A DNA stretch of 64,000 nt, taken from contig CAVPGK010000013.1 of NCBI GenBank assembly GCA_963703955.1, forward strand, positions 64,001 to 128,000. The letters are read 5' to 3'. Positions 51,758 to 62,218 of this stretch are shown here, in pieces (the first letter of the stretch is position 1; every line of letters starts with the position of its first letter). The notes beneath the pieces are model-generated. The model did not search any database, had not been told where the DNA came from, and worked only from the letters and a program-made list of their open reading frames with translations. The stretch comes from Nitrospirota bacterium. Its GTDB lineage: Bacteria > Nitrospirota > Nitrospiria > Nitrospirales > Nitrospiraceae. A program made the translations under genes and the position numbers.

Positions 51758-52417
51758 GAGCGACACCCTCCCAAGCGTTTGCCGATAAGGCAGGTGATTC
51801 GACAACTCGATGGTTCCGTTTCAAGCTGGAAAGCAGGGACCGTTCCAGACCGCCGGAAGTGACGATGGGCAGCGTAACTGCTCAGACTAAAAGGGATAAG
51901 CGACTAGAAGTCGTGGCTCTCAGATGCAATCGAACGGAGTGATGCCGAAGGCTTTCCCGCCGAGCCATCGGCGCGGTGCCGAAACCTCGGCGCTACTGCG
52001 GGCGAGATAGTCGTTTCCGCATCTTGGATTGACGGGGCATGGGCTTAGTTTTTCGCTTGCCGTCGTTTCTTCCTGTTTAGCCCCACCATGTTGGGGCTAT
52101 TCGATCATGCCGATGCCGCGGGCCATGAGCGGAGCACAGAGAATCATTCATGGTGGACTATCATAGACCGTCGTAAGTTTCGTCAAATGTCATGACATAT
52201 GACGGAATAGTCGTCATAACAAAATAGACGATCGCATATGCAAATGATCTGGCATGAGCGCATCGGCGATCTTCGTCAGGCGGTTATACGTGGATTCGTA
52301 CTGAAGACGCACGTCATGTTGGCCCATAAGGAATTCGTAGCTTTCAAAGCCATTCAGAGGATCTTTAATTAGGACAACAGCATAGCGCATTCTTGCGAGT
52401 CGCCCAATTTTTTATTG

Positions 52418-52455
52418 TTGACAGGCCTTCGGCTGGTGTGTAACCATCGGATACA
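52418..52455 (+). promoter_or_regulatory. Promoter and operator of the XRE-S24 repressor
   Basis: TTGACA at 52418; near-palindrome TGTAACC-ATC-GGATACA at 52439-52455 overlaps the ATG; no obvious RBS. Confidence 0.55.
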
Positions 52456-53003
52456 TGCGACCGCTTGATCTGAAAAAGGCTCGCGAAGCGCTCGGTCTCA
52501 CACAACAGCAGCTCGCTGAGCAGCTACGAACCACCCGCATGACCGTAACTCGTTATGAGTGCGGGACACGGCGTATCCCTGGACTTGTCGAAGTGGCGAT
52601 CAACCAACTCAGCAATTCATCTCTGATACAAATGGCCGGGATCGTCGCTGCGGGAATGCCGATTGAGCCACTTCCCCAGAGCGAAGTAGTCGAAGTACCA
52701 CGATCGATGTTGAGCCGAGGACCCGGCGGACATTTCGCCTTGAGAGTCAGGGGCAACTCCATGCGGGACGAAGGCATCCTTCCGGGTGATCTCGTTGTCG
52801 TTCATAAACAGGTCTTAGCCCGAAATGGGCAAACGGTGATTGCCGTCGTGAATCAGGAAGCCACGATCAAGAAATACTATCGCAGAGGAGAGCGTATTGA
52901 GCTGGTCCCCGCGAACGCGACAATGCGACCAATCGTTGTGAAGCCTCATGATGATTTCCGCATTGAGGGCGTGGTGGTAGGGGTTATGCGCCATTTGCGG
53001 TAG
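52455..53003 (+). CDS. LexA/CI-like repressor: XRE HTH + S24 peptidase
   Basis: REALGLTQQQLAEQL (XRE); AAG cleavage site; GNSM serine; ATIKK lysine. Confidence 0.88.
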   Translation: MRPLDLKKAREALGLTQQQLAEQLRTTRMTVTRYECGTRRIPGLVEVAINQLSNSSLIQMAGIVAAGMPIEPLPQSEVVEVPRSMLSRGPGGHFALRVRGNSMRDEGILPGDLVVVHKQVLARNGQTVIAVVNQEATIKKYYRRGERIELVPANATMRPIVVKPHDDFRIEGVVVGVMRHLR

Positions 53004-53368
53004 CTATGCTATGACGAAGGATCAGATGGAGCCGGGTCGTTCCTGTTCGGGCGCTCAGTAATTTTCTGGACGTGCCCGCGGGGACGGTGGGAAAGATTGA
53101 TGACCGTCAACCACCGGGGTTGCCTTCTGACCCGTGGCGGTTCTCAATCGAATGGTTCCCTCCCGATCGTTCTAAGAGGAAGGGCGGAAGAGTGTGGAGT
53201 TTCGGGCTGATGCTGGACGACTTACCACGGCTGGAGTTGATCGATGAGACGGAATTCAGGCGCGTCCTGTACAGTGTTACACCCAACGAGAACCACCATG
53301 AGACAACGGTTCCTGCTTCCCCGCAAACCGTCCTACCATTCGATGCGCCAGAGTCGATAGAATAAGGC

Positions 53369-54232
53369 ATGGAACCGAAGCCCGACCTGTTCAGCAGCAC
53401 CAATGCTGACGTCGCAGAGGAATGGCCTTCTATTCGAATCGGCACGAGTGGGTATTCCTACGACGATTGGCACCCTGCGTTTTATCCTTCAACTCTGAGG
53501 CCCAACCGTAGGCTCGAATACTATGCGACGCATTTCAATACCGTGGAAATCAATCACACCTTCTACCGACTTCCTGCCTTGCCTGCTGTGTACGGCATGC
53601 TGGGGAAAGTCGGCGATGGGTTCACTTTCTTTGTGAAAGCACACCGTGATCTCACGCATGTCACACGGAATGCTGCTGAGACGTTGCCACGGTTCCAAGA
53701 GATGTTGAAAGCGTACCAGCAGGAGAAGAAGCTTGCAGGTGTGCTCTTACAGTTCCCTGCCAACTTTGAGTATACAGGGAAGAACGAGGATTATCTTCGG
53801 TGGGTCGTTGAATCACTAAACGACGTTCGAACCGTCGTAGAGTTTCGGCACGTGCGGTGGATCAAAGACAAGACCATGGACCTCTTGAGAGAATTGAATG
53901 CCGCGTACTGCATCGTTGACATGCCACAGGTCCGGGGATTCCCTCCCAGTCGAGTCGAGGCGACGGCAGACATCGCGTACTTCAGGTTTCACGGTCAAAA
54001 CCGGGAGAAGTGGGCAGAAGCGGCAACACGGGACGAACGCTATGATTATTCCTATACTGATGACGAGTTGAAAGAATGGGCGGAGTCGATCATCACCCTC
54101 TCGTACAAGGTCAAGCAGGAGTACGTGTACTTCAACAATCACTACCAAGGCGCGGCCGCGAAGAATGCACACACCCTTGAAGGATTTCTAAAGTCGTATG
54201 TCAAAGGCTCAGGAATTTCTCGGGTCCGGTGA
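53369..54232 (+). CDS. DUF72 (YecE-like) protein
   Basis: IGTSGYSYDDW; VEINHTFY; LLQFP; YFRFHG; YFNNH. Confidence 0.92.
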   Translation: MEPKPDLFSSTNADVAEEWPSIRIGTSGYSYDDWHPAFYPSTLRPNRRLEYYATHFNTVEINHTFYRLPALPAVYGMLGKVGDGFTFFVKAHRDLTHVTRNAAETLPRFQEMLKAYQQEKKLAGVLLQFPANFEYTGKNEDYLRWVVESLNDVRTVVEFRHVRWIKDKTMDLLRELNAAYCIVDMPQVRGFPPSRVEATADIAYFRFHGQNREKWAEAATRDERYDYSYTDDELKEWAESIITLSYKVKQEYVYFNNHYQGAAAKNAHTLEGFLKSYVKGSGISRVR

Positions 54233-54886
54233 TACCTTCCCGAAAGCGAACCCACGCTAGCTAGGATGTCGTCACCTGTCATGGGACGCCGTCAATGTGC
54301 TTTGCAGCTGGGATGCCCACATGGGCACTTTGCTCCTGCGCCTGCTTTAGCCGATGCGCATCTGTCGCTGCAATACGCCTTATCCGCGGCAACCTGACAA
54401 GAACATGCCGAGTGACCGCATTTCTTCGTTGCCATGATCATGCCTCCGTGCCTGGTGGGTCAGATGGGACACATTTCAGACCCATCGTAGCACAGAGCAG
54501 AACGGGCGAATACAGCCATGGGCGAGGCGTTCTATTGCGAAGGCAGTGTTTGTGATCTGCCCCGCATGAACAAGGCGATGACGTAGACCACCGTATAGTA
54601 GACGTAGTGCATGTGGTCTTCCTCCTCCGTTGAGTATGCCGTGAGTCACTGCATTGCCTTCCTCTGCAGCAGTCATTGACTGGCTTTGACAGGATACCGC
54701 CTGGCGCGGGAGCCGCCTATTCTTCAGAAGGCACGCGGCCGCTCTGAAAGGACTACCTCAACCCCGCACCGCACAATGCGACTGTTGATGAAGCGATTCT
54801 CCTTTCGGAGCATTGTGCGGCGTGTTCGATCGGGCGTAAGTAGCTCTCCACATCTCAACGTTCCACCGGCAATAGGGAGGTGGCCC

Positions 54887-55069
54887 ATGAGTCTCACTCT
54901 CCGACGTTGGACAACTTGGCTGATGCCAAGCATACATGCGGTACCCAGAGCGGAGCACACGGGGACAGGCCTCTTGTGGGTGACCGGTCTCCTGATCTCA
55001 GTGGCCTTTCTGTGGCCCTTCGTTTTTATTGGGTTTTTGGTGACGTTTTACTGGCCACGTCTGTGGTAG
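54887..55069 (+). CDS. Small membrane protein; paralog at about 56035..56239
   Basis: GGGAGG RBS; C-terminus TGLLWVTGLLISVAFLWPFVFIG..TFYWPRLW is duplicated. Confidence 0.5.
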   Translation: MSLTLRRWTTWLMPSIHAVPRAEHTGTGLLWVTGLLISVAFLWPFVFIGFLVTFYWPRLW

Positions 55070-55086
55070 GAAAGGATCGCGGGGTC
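54954..55086 (+). repeat. Direct repeat, copy 1 (copy 2 at 56125..56256)
   Basis: About 130 bp, near-identical. Confidence 0.9.
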
Positions 55087-55246
55087 GTCAGATAGGCGGA
55101 GGAATTAAGGCATGGCTCGCTTCTTGACCGGCTTAGATAAACAGGTATTGGGATCTATTACTGTTGCTCGATAAGCATCCCGTCCAGCAACGAGACGTGT
55201 GAACGCGACTTCCGCACTGATCACAATCCGGACCTTCGTCCCGCTG

Positions 55247-55786
55247 TTATCGAATCTTTTTCAAAGGCACCTCACCGGCGAAAGAGACCTTGGCGAGGAC
55301 GGGATGATCGGCCATGGCGGCCTGGAGTGCCTGTAGCATGGTCACCGGCGTGGTGTCGTCGGACCCAACTAAGGTTGCGTACTTCTCCTGGACCAGAGCA
55401 AAGAAGTCCGGCTGTGCGTCCTCCGGTACCCCCAGCAACGTGGCCAGGGACGCTAGATGTTCGCCTCGCCCTTGAGCCATTTCTTGTGCCAGACTCTCGA
55501 ACGCGTGGCTCGCCAGATTGATGTGCTTGTTCTTCATGACCACGCCATCGTTCGTGCAGCCGGAGGTACCGGAAGAGATCCCAAAGGTTTGGCTGCCGAA
55601 GGTGCCGTTGGTGGTCGCCATCATGACCTGGGGCGCAATTTGTTTTGGCTTCCCGTAATCCATCCAGGCGAGTTTTCCCAGGCCACAGCCAGGGCCATTG
55701 TCCGGAATTGCGGCCGCTCCTATCGCAGCGACCTGAAACACAACCAAACAGCCTGCAAACTGCAGAATTACCCCGAGTCGAGTCAT
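55247..55786 (-). CDS. DUF3015 protein
   Basis: GPGCGLG...ATTNGTFGSQTFGISSGTSGC...EMAQGRGEHLASLA. Confidence 0.9.
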   Translation of the reverse strand: MTRLGVILQFAGCLVVFQVAAIGAAAIPDNGPGCGLGKLAWMDYGKPKQIAPQVMMATTNGTFGSQTFGISSGTSGCTNDGVVMKNKHINLASHAFESLAQEMAQGRGEHLASLATLLGVPEDAQPDFFALVQEKYATLVGSDDTTPVTMLQALQAAMADHPVLAKVSFAGEVPLKKIR

Positions 55787-56124
55787 AGCCCCTCTCCTTT
55801 GTTTCTCCAATGTATTATTCCTAGCCTCGGTTAAGCCTAGCGCACGCGTCGGGTGTGTCAAGACGAGGGACGAATGCGCGCATCTCGTCCCAGCCGTTTG
55901 TGGCTCGGCGAACTGTTCGAGATGGTTACCAGGTGGCGACCGTCATTATGATCGGTCTTGATCCTTAACGCGCTGACGCGCTAGGGGCGGAACCGGCGGC
56001 GGTCTCCTTCGCGTTCTTTCGTGTCCCGTGCGTCATGGAAACGCTCTTGATCTGTCTACCTTCTCAGAAGCCCGACGCCCCGGCGTTGGACAACTCCCAA
56101 CCATGCATCCGGTCTCCAGACCAC

Positions 56125-56256
56125 AGCACACGGGACAGGCCTCTTGTGGGTGACCGGTCTCCTGATCTCAGTGGCCTTTCTGTGGCCCTTCGTTTTTATT
56201 GGGTTGTTGGTGACGTTTTACTGGCCACGTCTGTGGTAGGAAAGGATCGCGGGGTC
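56125..56256 (+). repeat. Direct repeat, copy 2
   Basis: Matches 54954..55086. Confidence 0.9.
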
Positions 56257-56279
56257 ACCGAGGGATCATCTGTATCGGT

Positions 56280-56561
56280 TCACCTTCTTCCCCTTTCGCG
56301 CCGGGAAATGGGCTTCAGCGTCTTGATTCTCCCGCCCCGGAGACCGCGCAACTTTGGGGTCGTCCTCGACGAAGACAGCCTGTCGGCCTGGTCTGAAGGC
56401 GAGGTGTTCGCTGTGTCGGCCACCGATAGGAGTAGCTGAGCCTGAGTAATGGCTTCGTTAAGAGCTTGGCGTTCTCTCTCAATCCGTTTGTGATGCGCAG
56501 CCTTCGCTTCGAATTGCGCTGCGGCTTTTAGAAGCGCTCGCAATGTGTCGTCCATTTTCAT
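56280..56561 (-). CDS. Small hypothetical protein
   Basis: GAGGTG RBS; its 5' region is duplicated at 57461..57528. Confidence 0.5.
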   Translation of the reverse strand: MKMDDTLRALLKAAAQFEAKAAHHKRIERERQALNEAITQAQLLLSVADTANTSPSDQADRLSSSRTTPKLRGLRGGRIKTLKPISRRERGRR

Positions 56562-56662
56562 CGCTCACCTCGGTCGAGACAGCGTAGCCTTTCTCGCAGA
56601 ATATAACCGTTGGCCGTATTCGGCCAACAGGGTTGCCATGGATGATTGGTCACCCTCCGTTC

Positions 56663-56974
56663 CTACCCTCCTTGCAAATAAGTAAGATATCGATGCAGCC
56701 GCTCCTGTTCTTGTGTCTGAACCGCGAGAAAGGCCACACCGAAGTCTTTTCCATGTGACCAACGGACCGCTGCGGAATTGATCTGAAGTGGCGTGGGATC
56801 ATCGGGGAGAAATACGCGTAACAAGAGGTAATCCCCTGGATGTCCCGGATTGTCACTTTCCATTTGGCAGCCACCCATGGACAGATTCCGTAAGGTCCCT
56901 TCTCGTTGTCCGGCAAACCCGACACGCGCTTGTACGGGAAGGCGCGGAGATTTGCGTCTGTTATCCACGTCCAT
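56663..56974 (-). CDS. Single-domain PilZ protein
   Basis: RRKSPR and NLSMGG c-di-GMP-binding motifs; VRW..G..FGVAF. Confidence 0.9.
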   Translation of the reverse strand: MDVDNRRKSPRLPVQARVGFAGQREGTLRNLSMGGCQMESDNPGHPGDYLLLRVFLPDDPTPLQINSAAVRWSHGKDFGVAFLAVQTQEQERLHRYLTYLQGG

Positions 56975-57117
56975 TTCCTCCTAATTCTGTGCCGGCGATG
57001 CGCCTGAGACCGAACCTGATTAGGCGATCCGTGGGGGAGTAACACGCTTCCATACCAGACCAGTCTTTGACGAAACGGATTGAACCACCGTCCTGCACGC
57101 GAGGATCCCGCTTCGGC

Positions 57118-57390
57118 TTATTTACATGAGTCCTTCAAGACAACGAGATTGCTGCTGGGGCTAGTGCCGGCCACAACAATGTAAGAGTAGATCAAGTTCC
57201 TGCGCTCTCGATCACAATAGACGTTAAAGACGGAATTATTTCCCTCCCTGTGCGTTCCAATGGGCTGGAAAAGCTTGAGGTCGGCCGTTTTCTCTTCAGC
57301 CGTCGCAGCTGACATCAATTTGGTCGTCAGGATTCCCATGATAATTCCTAGGATCAAGGCGAAAGTCAGACCAAGATTTCTTCCATCCAT
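57118..57390 (-). CDS. Small exported hypothetical protein
   Basis: AAGGAG RBS; N-terminal TM; two Cys. Confidence 0.55.
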   Translation of the reverse strand: MDGRNLGLTFALILGIIMGILTTKLMSAATAEEKTADLKLFQPIGTHREGNNSVFNVYCDRERRNLIYSYIVVAGTSPSSNLVVLKDSCK

Positions 57391-57657
57391 GGATAACTCC
57401 TTTCTGTATCTATCGTTGGCGCTGATCCCCGCGTTCGCGCTTTAGATACTATTGCACCGGGGCTTTTAGAAACGCTCGCAATGTGTCAACCATCTTCATC
57501 GCTCACCTCGGTCGAGACAGCATAGCCTATTCAGATACCTTATCCCAACCGCTACTCCTGATTTTCGGTATTGTGGCATCTGTTTTGTCTCAGAACATCA
57601 TGATGGAGAGAGACGAACAGAGAACAGTCGGGGTAAGCGCTGGGCGTCCGTCGGAGG

Positions 57658-58278
57658 TTACTTGCTGGGCTGAATATTGTGAAGATCGAATCGAACGTAA
57701 GAGGCGCGCTGCTTCTCCTTCTTTGAAAAGCAGACGCCGTTGCCCAAAATGTTTTCCCTTTCTAATTCCAAGCTCCATTCGAGAACGAGGGTTCGCACAC
57801 AATCCACAATCGCGTATACACGCGACTGATGAACAACGAGAGCGGGGGTCATGCCACTAGGAACATACGCGGCGTCTAATTGTTTTACACCGTTGGAAGG
57901 ATACGGAATATAAAGGAGATCTTGTGCGCGATACTTCTCAAGCAAATGCTCGATCTGTGCTACAGGTTGAGTGAAATATTTCCAGGACACGGTTTCAGCG
58001 GTCTGTGTGTCAGGAAATGTCAATGGGATCCATCCCTTGACAGGATCACGGGTCTTCATCTCTCCCTTGACATGTCGGTACTCCGGTATCACTTCTTCAG
58101 GTTTATACCCGTGCAGTTCCTTCTGAATCCACTCACGGCATTCCCCGGCATTGAGTTTGGTTGCAATAACCAACGCCTTGCGAAGCACATCGGTAAGTCT
58201 TGATTCGGTAGTCATGACATCCTGCTGAAGCTCCAACACCAAGGACGACATAAAAGATCTTTTTCCTAGGGTAGGCAT
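57658..58278 (-). CDS. AbiTii-domain protein (probable start 58251)
   Basis: SLVLELQ...VLRKALVIATKL...WIQKELHGY...PEYR...LEWSLELE. Confidence 0.8.
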   Translation of the reverse strand: MPTLGKRSFMSSLVLELQQDVMTTESRLTDVLRKALVIATKLNAGECREWIQKELHGYKPEEVIPEYRHVKGEMKTRDPVKGWIPLTFPDTQTAETVSWKYFTQPVAQIEHLLEKYRAQDLLYIPYPSNGVKQLDAAYVPSGMTPALVVHQSRVYAIVDCVRTLVLEWSLELERENILGNGVCFSKKEKQRASYVRFDLHNIQPSK

Positions 58279-58705
58279 TGTCTACGAATGAGGGTACAAC
58301 ATCCCCGCCTCTAAAAAAATACGGCGAGTTGTCTGAGACTTCGATCAGAAAAGGATAGCAGTTGATGGTAAGGCGTCAATCCGGGTCGCTGAATAGTCGG
58401 TACAAAGGGAAGTGATGGCGCTCAGACACCCGAGCTACTTAGCCATAGCGACGCCCGGGCTTAAGTCCTAAGGCAACCTTGCGCTCGTCGCAACGCAAAT
58501 TACACCCATCAGAAGCCGAATCCATCAGTTGAGCCCGAATCCAGTATAGGGTTCTCGTTCTCGCCCATCCTCGCGGCCTGGATTTAGGGCAAAAGTCTGG
58601 CATTCACCTACATCAAAAAAACAGTTTCACTGACAGCCGAATGCACGCGAGCCCTCGTATGTTATATGAGGGTTTCCATACCCCTCGAACGCCTTCTCCC
58701 TGTCC

Positions 58706-60064
58706 ATGGCGACTGATCCAAAACGCATGGCAAGCAGAATATTCTCTGGCCAAGTAGAACTCCTCTACAAGGGGGCGTTCGAGGCCTATCTCGCTACAAT
58801 TGTCAACGCCACCATTCTCGCTTATGTCCAAAGTCCTGTTATTAGAGCGTCAACCGTTATTTCTTGGTTAGTTTATGTGCTTGTCGTTACCGCCGCACGA
58901 GCCGCTTTGGTATACCGCTATTGGCATTCTCCAGATCGTATCAACAATAGCGGTCAATGGAACCTGGTCTATATCGCGGGAGTAGTCTTGGCAGGGATGG
59001 GATGGGGCCTAGGTGGGCTTCTGCTGTATCCACCCGAGGATATTTTTCATCAGGTCTTCTTGGTCTTCATGCTTGGGGGGATGGCAGCGGGAGCAGTGGG
59101 TGTCTTGGCCTCCCGCATGGAAGCCTTTCTGTCCTTTGTTGTGCCTACACTTCTGCCAGTGATGATTCTCTTATTCATGCAGCACGATAGTGCGCATGCC
59201 ACTATGGGCGTCATGGTCTTAATCTATCTGTTGGGTCTACTATGGACTGCCAAGCGCCTGCATCGGTCCATCGCCTATTCCTTGCATCTTGGAACCGAGA
59301 ATGCGGACCTCGTCAGCAACCTCCAGATTGCCAACGAACAGCTACAGAGTCTCAGTCAACTGAAGTCCTCCTTTGTGTCGACAGTGGCTCATGAATTGCG
59401 GACGCCGCTCACTTCAATCAAGGGCTATGTAGAGAATGTGCTCGATGGATTCTACGGGGCTTTAAATCAGCAGCAGGTCTATCATCTGGAGCGGGTCGCA
59501 TACAACGTTGATCGCTTTGCACGACTCATCAACGATCTCCTGGATCTGTCGCGAATCGAGGCGGGCCGCGTCGAATTGAATAGAAGCCCTGTCCTCGTTA
59601 CTCAGCTACTGGCCGATATTATGGATTTTTTTCAGCCCACGGCAGACCGCAAGGGTGTCGTGCTGCGCACAAATCACTTAGGCATGCGAATGATAGATGG
59701 CGACAGGGACAAGCTGATCCAAATCTTGACAAATCTCGTTCAGAATGCCCTGAAGTTTACATCACCTGGCGGTGAGATCCGAATAGAGATAACCGCAAGC
59801 ACCGGCGAAGGGTTTGTCCAATTCGGGATTCATGACACTGGATGCGGTATCCCGGTTGAAGAACTAGATAAGGTGTTCGATGGTTTCTATCGTGGCCGAT
59901 CCGTACCGTCTCAGCAAGGCGGGGCTGGATTAGGGTTGGCAATTACAAAAAGTCTGGTCGAATTGCACGGCGGGAAAATCTGGGCCGAGAGCCAGATAGG
60001 CCGTGGCTCTTCTTTTTTCTTCACCATCCCAACGGGAGGGGGCGGGCAGCAAGCTGATGCCTGA
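58706..60064 (+). CDS. Membrane sensor histidine kinase
   Basis: Multi-TM N-terminus; H-box VAHELRTPL; NLVQNALKFT; DTGCGI; GAGLGL. Confidence 0.93.
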   Translation: MATDPKRMASRIFSGQVELLYKGAFEAYLATIVNATILAYVQSPVIRASTVISWLVYVLVVTAARAALVYRYWHSPDRINNSGQWNLVYIAGVVLAGMGWGLGGLLLYPPEDIFHQVFLVFMLGGMAAGAVGVLASRMEAFLSFVVPTLLPVMILLFMQHDSAHATMGVMVLIYLLGLLWTAKRLHRSIAYSLHLGTENADLVSNLQIANEQLQSLSQLKSSFVSTVAHELRTPLTSIKGYVENVLDGFYGALNQQQVYHLERVAYNVDRFARLINDLLDLSRIEAGRVELNRSPVLVTQLLADIMDFFQPTADRKGVVLRTNHLGMRMIDGDRDKLIQILTNLVQNALKFTSPGGEIRIEITASTGEGFVQFGIHDTGCGIPVEELDKVFDGFYRGRSVPSQQGGAGLGLAITKSLVELHGGKIWAESQIGRGSSFFFTIPTGGGGQQADA

Positions 60065-60252
60065 GAAGGCATCCTTCCTTTCTCGTCGTTGACCACTCAC
60101 ACCTCCGTTTCCTTCCTGCCGTTTTCACGAGATTTCACAATGTACCTCGCGAGTTTTCGCAAATCGCGAGTGATCACGATTCGTTGTTTTCCGTTCTCCC
60201 ACTTTAACCCGCTGATATTTCATCGTCTCACTGGTCGCATGTGCGCGCCCAG

Positions 60253-61349
60253 TCATCGCATCAGCGGCTTGCCTCTTGCCCAGTAATAATAGAGGGACAA
60301 GTTCGGGTAGATGGCATCGATATTATTCTGCCCAGCAATCGTGAAGAGACAGCCGACCGCTCCAACCAATGCTCCGCTTGAGCTGTGGAAGAACTTGTAC
60401 TGGAGGGTCGGTTGGACGCCAACCAAGGCGTAACTTGTTGGGACAACGTTCACAGTCTTCCCATCCAGGCGCCAGGAGAGCCCGTTCAGCGTGACAAGCT
60501 CCACATTGTATCCGAATCCTCGGTTGTCATTGAGAATGTGCTCAATGACCAAGCGCCCATTAATGATATCTCCAGGATAGGTGTTCATACCGGCCGTGTT
60601 ACCGGGTGCGGTATAGGTGTAGAACACACCGCCGCTGATCCGGAAGGGCCGAAGGTTTTTCCGGAACATCACCCCTTCGGTGAACGAGAGCGCCCCGAAC
60701 CGTGTCGCGGGCAGACGCCCAAGCGGAGAAAAGCCGCCCGGAATGCCCTGTGTGCCCGCCCACTGGCTGCTGGGCAACGCGATCTGCGAATAAATGGTCA
60801 TCGCGAGGGGCGCCAGCCGTCCGGGTCCTGCACGACCGGGCGGTACTTCAGATAAATGGTCGTGTCACCGAGGCCGGTCTCAGACTGGGTTGTCTGTCCG
60901 CCGGAGCTATTCGCTTGGCTGGCTTCCCAGTAGATGCCGGAAAGGGCAACATTCAGTTCAACATGGTTGGTGATGCCGTAAGCAAAGATGCCAGTTGGCG
61001 CGACCGCCTTCAAATCGACCGGTGAATCCGACGAAGTGGTGCTGAACTGGTTACCAAACTTCTTATCGCCGATTTCGCCAAAGACAAAGGGTTGAAACAG
61101 AAATTGTCCTTTGGGCTGGATATCGACGCCGGAAAGAAGGATGGGGCCGTTTGCCATGGGGTTCCAACTCTTACGGTATTTCTGAATCTCCTCCTCGGTA
61201 GGAACCCAGTCCCACGCGTCAGCCGGGTATGGCCGCAGCGACAGAAGCGCCAAGAGCAGTAAGAACCCAGTCGATTGTGATTGAGAGAAAACCATGAACT
61301 TTCTCCTCCCGGAACGACACTGTCTGACGGCACGGATCAAAAGGCTCAC
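60253..61349 (-). CDS. Putative outer-membrane beta-barrel/transporter-like protein (frameshift near 60805; start uncertain)
   Basis: Signal peptide; AYGITNHVELNV; TGLGDT..YLKYR; ORFs 60798..61349 and 60253..60801 are contiguous. Confidence 0.65.
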
Positions 61350-61521
61350 CCAGTGATTCCAGGGAGACGATAGCAGTAGACCGCCTCGAGCTGGTGGTAC
61401 GGATCGACGATGCTGGAGTCCACTGCAAAGCGAGGGCCTTGAGTAAAACTGTTTTGGTCAAGGACAGTCTTGGAGTCAGAATGAACTAAATGAACTAATT
61501 GTGGAACACCCTCGATGCTCT

Positions 61522-61839
61522 CTAGGCCCTCCCAAACTTCAGAAAAAAAGCTGCTATCCACACCATTAATACACCCAAAATACGATTGAAGACAGCGACA
61601 TCAGGTGAAGTGCCAGGAGCAGAGTAGAGATAGCCCAGAATGATGAGTACTGTACACGCTCCCGCAACAACAAAGGTCAAATATCCGAGGGATGACCAGC
61701 GTGTGAGCCCAAGAGGAAGTATATACAGCGCCCACATTGCTATTCCCACGGGAGTCATCAAATCCAAGACGAACACAATCACGATCAGCGCCACGACCAC
61801 AGCCGTCAATGAGTGATCTGCGTTCTTCTGTTCGTCCAT
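61522..61839 (-). CDS. Small membrane protein (sensor-like TM domain)
   Basis: VFVLDLMTPVGIA..LYILP...FNR. Confidence 0.65.
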   Translation of the reverse strand: MDEQKNADHSLTAVVVALIVIVFVLDLMTPVGIAMWALYILPLGLTRWSSLGYLTFVVAGACTVLIILGYLYSAPGTSPDVAVFNRILGVLMVWIAAFFLKFGRA

Positions 61840-62137
61840 CGAAGAGTGGAGTCTAGTCGGTTCCCTAATTCTCCTGCCGGTAGACGAATCGTTTTCTACT
61901 TGTTCGAATACGAGGAGAAGTCTCTATTTTCAGAAATCACAATTGCTGAACATTCAGACCCCTTCTGCTCTCCTAAACGATTTGCTACCTGTTGCAACTA
62001 CGAACGCTTCATCTTCTACCTTTGAGATGACACTGCTTCGGCCATTGCCCCCGCTACCGATTCGGCGACAGCTTCCGCCCAAGATCATTGAGGTGATCAT
62101 CTCGTTCGCGTTCGCATGGTATCTCCTGCGTTGAAAA

Positions 62138-62203
62138 AAGGCGGGGAAGGATGCTGGGATAGTCGATCTCCGCTTGCATGACCTGTGGCACTGTGCGGCT
62201 ACT
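62138..62203 (+). pseudogene. Tyrosine-recombinase remnant
   Basis: KAGKDAGIVDLRLHDLWHCAAT resembles the HDLRH box with an R-to-W change. Confidence 0.6.
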
Positions 62204-62218
62204 GCGCGCTCTTACCGA

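Noticed and set aside
45333..51862. Long antisense or alternate-frame ORFs (45333..46718, 47352..48659, 49372..50667 and others)
   Set aside because: They are shadow ORFs of high-GC genes already explained by recognisable proteins.
598..61349. Many frameshifted genes (META protein, SNase, ada, ABC ATPase, ribD-like, higB, DUF262, DUF1428, transposase) read as mass pseudogenisation or programmed frameshifting
   Set aside because: They are single-base indels, often in short runs, in otherwise intact genes. Long-read consensus error is the simplest explanation, and reads are needed to decide.
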